A DNA stretch of 64,000 nucleotides from an uncultured archaeon (GTDB lineage Archaea > Asgardarchaeota > Lokiarchaeia > Sigyniarchaeales > SOKP01), in NCBI GenBank assembly GCA_964583985.1, contig CAZOYD010000003.1, forward strand, positions 1 through 64,000. The letters run 5' to 3'. Shown here piece by piece: positions 10,000 to 18,392 of the stretch; within the stretch, counting starts at the first letter, position 1; the number at the start of each line of letters is the position of its first letter. Under the pieces are notes generated by a model, which saw only the letters and a program-made list of their open reading frames with translations, was not told where the DNA came from and made no database searches. The position numbers and the translations under genes are program-made.

Positions 10000-10109
10000 A
10001 CATGACAAAAAATGAACTTATTCTAGCGAGTTGATCACATTCTGTATGAGATGATAAACAAGCTAAAAAATGAGAGAATAAGTGATTTACGGTTGCTTCC
10101 GTATCATGT
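10000..10109 (+). ncRNA. Putative eukaryote-like SECIS element (cis-acting, 3' UTR)
   Basis: AUGA (10012-10015) followed by ACUUAUUCU, which pairs perfectly with AGAAUAAGU (10075-10083), followed by GAU; outer stem ACAUGA/UCAUGU; lies just after a gene with an in-frame TGA. Confidence 0.6.
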
Positions 10110-10192
10110 AAAAATAGTATTGGTACAAGTAAATTTATAAAGAGTCAATCTTATTTAATTGATAAATTATCTAAAATAACACAAATTCTATT

Positions 10193-10765
10193 ATGAGAAT
10201 CAGTAGAGTTTTTCGTTGGAGTGTTAGAATATTTCTGTTAATATTAACACTATCTCTAACTGGAGTTTCTATTCTCGGGAGTATGTCGGCATTCGCAATT
10301 CTTGAGAATCCAGATAATGTAAACGTACCTTCAGGACCAATTAGTGCAAATTTAAACATTTCAGACGTAAATTCAATGTATCTTCAAGTCCCTTTCAATG
10401 TTTCGAATGTAGGTTTTTTTGATCTCACTAATTTGAAAATAGAATTTAGTATCGCGATGATTTATGATCATGTTAATTTAACTGGAACTGGAGAAAATGT
10501 CACAACAAGTACTAATATATTTAATAAAGCTATAAATTTTCCCCCTATACCTCATGGACAATCTTATAATGGTTTATTTAATGCTGCAAGTGGAGATGGT
10601 TTTCTTCCTGCTAATTTTCCGAATATAACAACAGAGATTGATTGGTATAAAACTCCGCATGCTATTGAATTTTATGCAGATTTTATATTCAGTGCTTCCT
10701 ATTCTCTTGATCTTATTTCTTTTACAGTAAAACTATTCAATATAACAGTGGGGCATCTTCCATAA
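10193..10765 (+). CDS. Membrane-anchored extracellular beta-rich hypothetical protein
   Basis: N-terminal hydrophobic helix, several N-x-S/T sequons; first of three closely spaced genes. Confidence 0.7.
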   Translation: MRISRVFRWSVRIFLLILTLSLTGVSILGSMSAFAILENPDNVNVPSGPISANLNISDVNSMYLQVPFNVSNVGFFDLTNLKIEFSIAMIYDHVNLTGTGENVTTSTNIFNKAINFPPIPHGQSYNGLFNAASGDGFLPANFPNITTEIDWYKTPHAIEFYADFIFSASYSLDLISFTVKLFNITVGHLP

Positions 10766-10778
10766 AGGTGATATCATT

Positions 10779-11276
10779 ATGGGTGCAACGAAAAATATCT
10801 TTAAAGGAATTTTATTCACCAGCATATACTTAACTACTACAATAATCTTACCAAGCATAACTTTCTCTTGGGTAAAAGATTTATCAATTTTGGGAGTTCC
10901 CATTGTAATGAGTCAACTTGAATATGAAAGAATTATTTTTTGGATTTCAGCGTTTGGATTATTGATAAGCGGCTGTGCTTTCTTTAATTATAGTTCACCA
11001 AAGCAGTCAATTAGAAAGGCCATATTCGCCTTAATTCAAATCATTCTCAATTGTCTTTATATTTGGAGTTATAAATTTTCAGGAGCAACAGAAGTTAATT
11101 TTACAATCTTTACTATTGGGTCCCTTTCTATCAATTTTTCACAGATGATTTTGTTATATATGGGGATATATTTTTTAACAATCCTGCTTAAAATATATGA
11201 TTTGATTGATTTTACCTTGAATCGTAAAAAGATAAGAGAAAAACGCTATTTAAAAAAAGGAGAGAATCTAAAATGA
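10779..11276 (+). CDS. Hypothetical membrane protein (about 4 TM)
   Basis: Hydrophobic segments; SD-like AGGTGA upstream. Confidence 0.75.
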   Translation: MGATKNIFKGILFTSIYLTTTIILPSITFSWVKDLSILGVPIVMSQLEYERIIFWISAFGLLISGCAFFNYSSPKQSIRKAIFALIQIILNCLYIWSYKFSGATEVNFTIFTIGSLSINFSQMILLYMGIYFLTILLKIYDLIDFTLNRKKIREKRYLKKGENLK

Positions 11277-11653
11277 TATTACAAGTGTTAGATTTCTTAC
11301 AAGCTTTTGCAGAGATTATTGGAGTAATTTTAACCTTTTTAAAACCTGTCGTTTCTCCGATTGGTGCTTGGATGGTAGAATGGATTGACGTAGTTTTGGG
11401 GGTATTCCCTGAAAATTCGCTTGCAATGTATGTAATAATTTTCATTACATTGATCGTTATTGGAGCGATTGTTAACTCTCTATGGACTGGAGATACCCCT
11501 CCTAAATTTTTAGCTAATAAAGGCAAATATGCAACAATCTCTGATGAGAAATTAAATGAAGTTGAGAAAATTGAAGAACTAGCAAAAATATCGGCAGATG
11601 ATGATAATAGGAACATTAATTCTGATAAAACAAAAATTCTAGATGATGATTAA
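11273..11653 (+). CDS. Hypothetical membrane protein
   Basis: 4-bp ATGA overlap with the upstream gene; hydrophobic segments and charged tail. Confidence 0.7.
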   Translation: MILQVLDFLQAFAEIIGVILTFLKPVVSPIGAWMVEWIDVVLGVFPENSLAMYVIIFITLIVIGAIVNSLWTGDTPPKFLANKGKYATISDEKLNEVEKIEELAKISADDDNRNINSDKTKILDDD

Positions 11654-11676
11654 ATAAGAAAAAAGTTAAATTAATT

Positions 11677-12303
11677 TTATTTTCCAAATCTTTTCAGTAG
11701 TTCTGCTACTCTTCTACCTAAATCTTTGGCGATTTTTCCAGCTAATTCATCTTCTTCACCTTTTCCGATGAATTCCTTTAATTTGTGTTTTTGTAAACTA
11801 GTAATCGGGATGTTTCCCTCTAACACTGGGCTTCCTAATGCGTTTCCAACCACAATCATTCCATGTATCAATGCAAAATTTATAAGATCAGCAATAACAC
11901 CCTCACCTCCGTTTCTTAATCCTGTAGCAGCCAATGGCGCAAATATTACATCTTTTAACAAATAATTCTTCATTTTCCAAGGGCGGGATCGATCTATTAA
12001 TGTTTTAATTTGGGAACTAACCGAACCAAAATAATTTGGAGCCGCAATTATGAGAGCGTCAGTATCAAGTACTAAATCTTCAATTTTGTTAGTATCATCA
12101 TTCTCTGCAAGAGGACAATTATTAGGAGGTCTAAGGCAAGCATCACAACCATTACAAGGGGTAATGTTATAATCAGTTATGAAAATTTTATTCAATTTAA
12201 AATCCGTTGAGACCTCCTTTATTCCTTCAATAACTTTGTCAATCAAAAAATTTGAACTCTTATTTTTTCTTGGGGAACCCACAATAAGACAAATTGTTTT
12301 CAA
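11677..12303 (-). CDS. Iron-sulfur flavoprotein / NADPH-dependent FMN reductase (flavodoxin-like)
   Basis: GSPRK, CNGCDACLRPPNNC (CxxCxxCx5C), APNYFGSVS..KTLIDR. Confidence 0.88.
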   Translation of the reverse strand: MKTICLIVGSPRKNKSSNFLIDKVIEGIKEVSTDFKLNKIFITDYNITPCNGCDACLRPPNNCPLAENDDTNKIEDLVLDTDALIIAAPNYFGSVSSQIKTLIDRSRPWKMKNYLLKDVIFAPLAATGLRNGGEGVIADLINFALIHGMIVVGNALGSPVLEGNIPITSLQKHKLKEFIGKGEEDELAGKIAKDLGRRVAELLKRFGK

Positions 12304-12400
12304 ATCAATTATCCCTTTTATTATGATTTTAATAATTTATTAAATACGCGATATCAAATTTAAATTTGCGAATAATCTACTAATATTAATAAGAATATAT

Positions 12401-13153
12401 TTGAGCAACAATAATTGGGTATTGAGCTCAATGGAAATTAGATATAGAAATAAGAAAGATTTATTAGATGAATTAAAAATACATAAAGAATTAGCTATAA
12501 AGAAGATAAATCAACAAGATTTAGGTACTGCCCTAAAAAAGGTCAAATCTGCTATTATTTTAATTGAAGAAGCTCAAGATTATTTAGATTTGGATGATGA
12601 GTTGGAAGAATTTCATCAATTAAACCAAAAAATAATAGATGAAAGATTAAGTCATCGGGAATGGTATTTGAGAAAATATAATAATCTTTTAAAAGAAAAT
12701 CTAACGGAAGAGAATCTCGAATCTTTTTTAAAACTTCTTGCAATGTTGAAAGATGAAGTAGATGGAGTTGTAAATAAATTCAATTTAGAAGATGTTCAAT
12801 TTCATATTAACTCCTATTTTAAATACCTGAGAAAAGTTTATGGGATTATTAGTTCCTATAAAATCTTAGAATTTAGTAAAGCGTCTCATCAAATACTAGG
12901 ATTTGCTAAAGAAATTCGTCCCGAAAATTTTAATAACCTAAAAGCCCTAACATTATCACTCTATCGTAATTTAATAACAAATAAATTACAAGAAATTTCG
13001 AAACTTCAAAATCGTTGTCATTTGAATGAGCTGTGTGATAAGTTAGCCATTTCCAATGAGGATTTATTTAAAATTTTTGATTTACTTGAAGAAAACCCTC
13101 AAAACCCAATTGAAAGGTATAATCGAAAAACTCAAGAAATTTTGTTCAAATGA
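12401..13153 (+). CDS. Helical hypothetical protein with possible C-terminal PCI-type winged helix
   Basis: All-alpha charged sequence ending LNELCDKLAISNEDL...IERYNRKTQEILFK; start may be ATG 12431. Confidence 0.6.
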   Translation: MSNNNWVLSSMEIRYRNKKDLLDELKIHKELAIKKINQQDLGTALKKVKSAIILIEEAQDYLDLDDELEEFHQLNQKIIDERLSHREWYLRKYNNLLKENLTEENLESFLKLLAMLKDEVDGVVNKFNLEDVQFHINSYFKYLRKVYGIISSYKILEFSKASHQILGFAKEIRPENFNNLKALTLSLYRNLITNKLQEISKLQNRCHLNELCDKLAISNEDLFKIFDLLEENPQNPIERYNRKTQEILFK

Positions 13154-13154
13154 A

Positions 13155-14078
13155 TTATAAACCACGATAGGATTCAGATCGGAGCACATCTTTATGAGAT
13201 ATCCCATAATTAAGGATTTCTAAAATTTCTTTCTTATCCTTTTCAAGGATTCCTTTGATAGGAAGGTAATTACTAGCATGATTGCTCCTGAATACACAAT
13301 TCGCTTCTTTATTTGGGAAATTAATGTTTTCAATAAAAGTTCTTAATTCTTTAAGAATATCAATAGCACTCATTTCAATGAACTTATGATTCCGTTTTTT
13401 TTCATATAGTACAGTGCCCTGTGGGATCATTAATGATAAAAAAGAAATATACCATAATCTATCATCGCTAGGACATATCTTGTTAACTAAATCAGCAGAT
13501 TTTATGGCATGATTATTGGATAGATTCTGGTTATTCGCGCCTCCCAATCCATTAATAAACGTTGCAGATAAAGTGATTTTTGCATCCATTAACTTTCTTG
13601 TAGCATTGATATAATCCTCTTTTGTTGCATTTTTCCCGATTTGTTTCAATAAATTATCATCACCAGATTCAAATCCAACATAAGCTATTTTTAACCCAGC
13701 ATCTGAAAGGTCTTTTAATTGTTTACCTGATTTTTTTAGAATATCCTTTGCATGAGCATAAACCCCAACTCTTTGAGCATTTGGAAATTTATTCATTGCA
13801 TATTTTGTAATTTCTAATAATTTTTCAGTAGGAGTAACCATTGCGTTTCCATCCAGAAAAAATATTTTTCTCACGTGAGAACCATATTTTCTATTTGCGA
13901 CATCTAGATCTTTTTTGACATCTTCTAAATTCCTAACCTTAAAATCCTTTCTCAGATTCGAAACGCAAAAATCGCAATGATAAGTACAACCTTCTGTTAA
14001 TTGAATCAACAGAGAATTCCCTTCTGAAGGAGGTCTAAATACGGGATAGCAGTAATAAATCGATGAATTTTCTACCAT
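13155..14078 (-). CDS. Radical SAM protein
   Basis: RPPSE..SLLIQLTEG followed by CTYHCDFC (CxxxCxxC); YVGFESG; SNHASNYL. Confidence 0.92.
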   Translation of the reverse strand: MVENSSIYYCYPVFRPPSEGNSLLIQLTEGCTYHCDFCVSNLRKDFKVRNLEDVKKDLDVANRKYGSHVRKIFFLDGNAMVTPTEKLLEITKYAMNKFPNAQRVGVYAHAKDILKKSGKQLKDLSDAGLKIAYVGFESGDDNLLKQIGKNATKEDYINATRKLMDAKITLSATFINGLGGANNQNLSNNHAIKSADLVNKICPSDDRLWYISFLSLMIPQGTVLYEKKRNHKFIEMSAIDILKELRTFIENINFPNKEANCVFRSNHASNYLPIKGILEKDKKEILEILNYGISHKDVLRSESYRGL

Positions 14079-14116
14079 AATGAGTTATACATTAAAATTA
14101 AAATAATTGTGATTAA

Positions 14117-14836
14117 TTACTCATCGTAATCTTCATCATCGTCCTCATCATCCTCATCCTCATCCTCATCGTCACCGTCTGGACGTTTGGGACAAGAAGT
14201 TAAATGACGACCTAATCTTTGAAACTTTTTTCCGCAATATGGACAGACTTGTTTATCTTTTTCTGTATCGGATTTAGCTGAAGCACTACTTGGTACGCGA
14301 ATTTTTTTCTTTTTCTTTCTATTTGGTAGAAAATCATCAATTGTAGCATCATCAGGAGCAAATTCGCAAGATTGCATGTGTGAAGCTGCGTCTTCATAAA
14401 TTTCAGCACAAAAAGGACATTCCATTTCACCAAAATCCTCCGTATCTAGATCATCCTTACTAGCTTTTCGTTTTTCAAATTTCAGTGGTACTTCTTCTTC
14501 CTCTTCATCGAATTCATCAATAGTTAAATCCAATTCATTTTCACTTGAGATCTCACTTAATTCAAACTCATCTAATTCTATCTGTTTTTCTTTCACTTTC
14601 AATTCTGCGGCTTTTTTACTTTCATCATAAATATCTGAAAATTTTTTGCTTATCTGCGAATATAAATCACATACTTGACAAACATATGCTTTCCGACCTA
14701 ATACAAGATCTCTTTCTTTGCAAATACAGAGTGCTTGTAGACTATTAGAAATATCGCCTGCTGGTTCTAAAAACTTACACGCAAACTTTCTCGAATACTT
14801 TATTTTTTGTTTTCGACGTGGTATGATGATCACCAA
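14117..14836 (-). CDS. Acidic protein with two C2HC-type zinc fingers
   Basis: CPFC...SHMQSC and CPYC...RHLTSC; Lys cluster RKKKKK; Asp/Glu tail. Confidence 0.75.
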   Translation of the reverse strand: MVIIIPRRKQKIKYSRKFACKFLEPAGDISNSLQALCICKERDLVLGRKAYVCQVCDLYSQISKKFSDIYDESKKAAELKVKEKQIELDEFELSEISSENELDLTIDEFDEEEEEVPLKFEKRKASKDDLDTEDFGEMECPFCAEIYEDAASHMQSCEFAPDDATIDDFLPNRKKKKKIRVPSSASAKSDTEKDKQVCPYCGKKFQRLGRHLTSCPKRPDGDDEDEDEDDEDDDEDYDE

Positions 14837-14912
14837 AAAAAGTAAGTAAAATAATCATCCATAAAATATATTTTTTTTGATTGTTACCATATGAAAGAAA
14901 CAATCTGATTTT

Positions 14913-16451
14913 TTAAAAATTATAAGAGATTGATTCGAGGTCATCGATTATTTTTTGTCTGAGAGAGTTATGTGAGACACTTGGTAATAGCTCTTCCAAT
15001 ATATCTCTCAATTCGATAATTTTTTCTTTTAATAATTCTGGTTTACTCCATAATGACTTTCGAAGGGGATGGATGTGGATCATTGCTTTATTATAATTTT
15101 CTATGGATTCTCTATAAAAAAGACAAGCACTATCATAATTCTCCAATCTGGTATGATATATAGTTCCAATTTTGTTAAAGCACATGCCTGCTCCAGCATA
15201 ATCTCCAATTTTTTCAAATAAAATTGCAGCATCTTGGATTTTACTTAAAGCTAGTTTCAAGACATCATTTTTTCCATGTTTTAATAAGATATATCCAAGA
15301 ATATAACTTGCTACAGCTTTATAAAATGAATTATCCTGTTCTTCCGCTATTTTCATCAGATCGGTAGCAAATTCTTCTGCTAAGACTAAATGATTGCTCG
15401 AAATGCATAATTTAGTTAGATTTCGTAATAAATCTTGAATTCGATCAACGTCTTCCTCTTTCGTATAAATTTTTATTCCTTGACGATATTTTTCTACCCC
15501 TGTAAATGGATCTCTTTGTTGAAATGCTGTATTTCCTTCATATATTAGTTGTTCAGCTTTTTCTATATCATCGACAATTTTAGTTTTACCATAACTTGAT
15601 TCATCCCAAAAAAGGTTATTGAGATCAAATGAGACTTCATTTTTCATTGGAATATCTACTAAAGCTTCAGCGCCAAGTTGTGTATCAATTTCATTGGTCA
15701 TTTCATCTTGTACTAATTTTTTATTATCCTTTTCGCCATATGCTGATTGTAAAGGCTTTCCCACCGATACTAAAGCTGATAATTCAGATAAAACATTGGC
15801 AAAAAAATATTTATTAAGACCCTCTACAATATAATCGACTTTGTGATAATTGGTCTCATATTCGGGAGAATTAGGATCCAAGTTAACGTCAGTTAATCTA
15901 TATATTTCAAACCCTGTACTATATTTCGTTAAAAGATTCTCTCCAATTTTTTCTTCTTTTTTTTTACCTAATAAACTATGATCAAAAACTAGACCAATTG
16001 AATCATTAAATTTATTTTGAAATCCTAATTGATTTATAAGATCAACGTAAGAAAAGAATAATGAAAGGCCTGGATGTGAATGAAACCACCCAACAACGAA
16101 ATTACCCTTATTTTCTTCATACAATTGTTGTTCAATTTCATCTATGAAGATATAATGCCTATGATCCAATTGTACATCCGTATCATGACCGAATGTCAAA
16201 GCGAAAGCATTCTCTACATGAACAAAATCATCATCCACATATCCAACGAGGATCCCATAAATTTCTTTCCAATTAGCTGATGGTATCGCATGATTCGCAT
16301 ATCGACTTGCATACAGAATGATCGTTTTATATGCTTCTGCATTAATTATCACGGGTTTACCAGGATTTGCCTCTTTATTTTGTTTGGGTTGTTCATTTTT
16401 CTCAATATTTTTATGGACGTCTTTTCTGGACTTTTGATTTTCTTCAGACAT
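14913..16451 (-). CDS. JAMM/MPN+ metalloprotease (Rpn11/CSN5-like) fused to TPR/SNAP-like helical repeats
   Basis: EIYGILVG...VVGWFHSHPGLSLFFSYVD is an intact E...HxH-x7-S-x2-D motif; C-terminal helical repeats. Confidence 0.87.
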   Translation of the reverse strand: MSEENQKSRKDVHKNIEKNEQPKQNKEANPGKPVIINAEAYKTIILYASRYANHAIPSANWKEIYGILVGYVDDDFVHVENAFALTFGHDTDVQLDHRHYIFIDEIEQQLYEENKGNFVVGWFHSHPGLSLFFSYVDLINQLGFQNKFNDSIGLVFDHSLLGKKKEEKIGENLLTKYSTGFEIYRLTDVNLDPNSPEYETNYHKVDYIVEGLNKYFFANVLSELSALVSVGKPLQSAYGEKDNKKLVQDEMTNEIDTQLGAEALVDIPMKNEVSFDLNNLFWDESSYGKTKIVDDIEKAEQLIYEGNTAFQQRDPFTGVEKYRQGIKIYTKEEDVDRIQDLLRNLTKLCISSNHLVLAEEFATDLMKIAEEQDNSFYKAVASYILGYILLKHGKNDVLKLALSKIQDAAILFEKIGDYAGAGMCFNKIGTIYHTRLENYDSACLFYRESIENYNKAMIHIHPLRKSLWSKPELLKEKIIELRDILEELLPSVSHNSLRQKIIDDLESISYNF

Positions 16452-16547
16452 TTTATTATTTCAAAAGAGATTTTTACTATTTTTAGTTACTTTAAAATGA
16501 TATACAAACACCATTAAATAAAAGTTTGCGTCAATTAATCCACCTTT

Positions 16548-17069
16548 TTAATGTTCAGCTTTAGCGTCTAATGCGAGTTTTAATATTGTTTCAGCAAATT
16601 CCAAACCAGGTACAATATCCAATGCTTTATTTAATGATTTAATTGCATTATCATATTGTCCTATATTAAAATAAGAGGATCCAAGATTAGTCCAAGCAAC
16701 CTCATCTCTTGAATTTAACTCAAGGGCTTTCTCGCAAGCTTGGATTGATTTTTGGTATTCTCCTTTTTCAAGTAAAGCGGAACTAAGCTCAGTCCATGCG
16801 ATTGAAAGAGTGGGATCTAAGCTTATTGCATTTTTTAATGCATTTATTGCATTATCATAATCCTCTATTTCAATATATAAGAATCCCAGATTATGCCAAT
16901 GAATCGGATTAGTAGATTTTGTTTTTAAACCTTTTTTGTAAGCTTCAATCGCTAATTCATATTGCTCTTCTTGGAAATATTGAATTGCTAACTTGAACCA
17001 TAATTCTGAGTCTTCTGGATCTTTTTTTAATCTTTCTCTAAGCGAATCATTGCTATTTTTAATTTCCAT
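16548..17069 (-). CDS. Tetratricopeptide repeat protein
   Basis: About four canonical TPRs (W..LG..Y......A.....A..L.P). Confidence 0.92.
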   Translation of the reverse strand: MEIKNSNDSLRERLKKDPEDSELWFKLAIQYFQEEQYELAIEAYKKGLKTKSTNPIHWHNLGFLYIEIEDYDNAINALKNAISLDPTLSIAWTELSSALLEKGEYQKSIQACEKALELNSRDEVAWTNLGSSYFNIGQYDNAIKSLNKALDIVPGLEFAETILKLALDAKAEH

Positions 17070-17075
17070 AACTCA

Positions 17076-17648
17076 TCATTTATTAAATTTAAAAATGGAT
17101 TCCATAAATCTTGTTTTTATGTTCCTTGAAGTTAATGAAATATTTGGAACGTCCACATCTTCAGATTCCGTTTTAATAAGAATAAAATGGCATCCAGGTC
17201 CTAATTCTATAAAAACGGGAACTATATCTTCTCGGTTATCAATTGTGAATACAGATTCAAAACCCATTGCTCGAGCTATTGCATCTAATTTTGTTTTGCT
17301 ATTAGTATGAGTTTTGTGAACTTCAGTTGATTCATATACACCATTATCAATGACTATTAATGTCAAATTTAATGGATTTGCAAATGAAATCGTACTTAAG
17401 CTTCCTAGATTGGCAAGAAGTGATGCAGCACCATCTATACCCCACACATTTATTTTTGGATTCGTTAATGCAATTCCAAGCGCAATTGAAGATGAAAGTC
17501 CGTTAGAACCCATCATATAGAAGTTCTGATGGCGATCCTTAAGATAATATAGCTCTTTAGATACTTGACCTAGATTACAGACTATGTATTGGTGATCAAT
17601 AACTTCAATGATTTTCTTTAAGGCATCAATTCGTTTCATTTTACTCAC
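17076..17648 (-). CDS. comE: Sulfopyruvate decarboxylase beta subunit-like
   Basis: MKRIDAL, NFYMMGS.GL.SSIALG, DNGVYEST; overlaps comD; TPP motif altered (GAA for GDG). Confidence 0.8.
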   Translation of the reverse strand: MSKMKRIDALKKIIEVIDHQYIVCNLGQVSKELYYLKDRHQNFYMMGSNGLSSSIALGIALTNPKINVWGIDGAASLLANLGSLSTISFANPLNLTLIVIDNGVYESTEVHKTHTNSKTKLDAIARAMGFESVFTIDNREDIVPVFIELGPGCHFILIKTESEDVDVPNISLTSRNIKTRFMESIFKFNK

Positions 17649-18135
17649 TCCATAGACTTCTTTTCAATAAAATGGCTGTTGATGTGTTATTTTCAAAACT
17701 ATAGGAAATAGCATCTTTAACCTTACTGATATCCTTAATGCTATTTATATTCCATAATTTGATGCTTATTTCGTCTAACAGGGTTTCAGTTATTTTTCCC
17801 ATTGGTATATGAGCTCCAATTGGTTCATCTTCTTCCCCGCGATGAGATATGAAAAAAATAATAGGAATTTCATAATATTGAAGTAGAGATGTCACTGCAT
17901 TTATAGAATTACCTAATCCAGAATTTTGCATTAGTATTGCTGGTTTTCTTCCTCCTAAATATGCACCTGCGGCAATGCCGATTCCTTCTTCCTCACGAGT
18001 TACAGGTAAATAAAAAATTTCGTTCTCATCATAAATAATCTTCAGAATATTTTTAAGGAGTTCACATGGTACTGAAGTTATAAAATCAATCCCCGAATCC
18101 TTAATAATTTTATAAATTTTGAAGTCTATTTTCAT
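17641..18135 (-). CDS. comD: Sulfopyruvate decarboxylase alpha subunit
   Basis: SVPC, TREEEGIGIAAGAYLGG, MQNSGLGNSINA, SHRG. Confidence 0.88.
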   Translation of the reverse strand: MKIDFKIYKIIKDSGIDFITSVPCELLKNILKIIYDENEIFYLPVTREEEGIGIAAGAYLGGRKPAILMQNSGLGNSINAVTSLLQYYEIPIIFFISHRGEEDEPIGAHIPMGKITETLLDEISIKLWNINSIKDISKVKDAISYSFENNTSTAILLKRSLWSE

Positions 18136-18392
18136 GAGAGATTAATAATAGTAATTTTAATGACTACCTTAATTATTTATTTTCATAAATATAGTAAGTC
18201 CTATTATATTTAATGTAATAATATCTTCATAATTATGAGCATAATCTTTGGTGAAAGCACTCATTTTCAAATATATTATCTCAAAAATGGCTATTGCTCG
18301 TATAATGTGATCAATTTTTTTAAGAGCATACCTCAAAAAAAAAACAAAAACAAAAACACTTGGTTTCTTTCATTCCATAACCCTTTTACCAT

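Noticed and set aside
14120-14175. TCATCC microsatellite as an independent repeat element
   Set aside because: It simply encodes the Asp/Glu tail of the zinc-finger protein.
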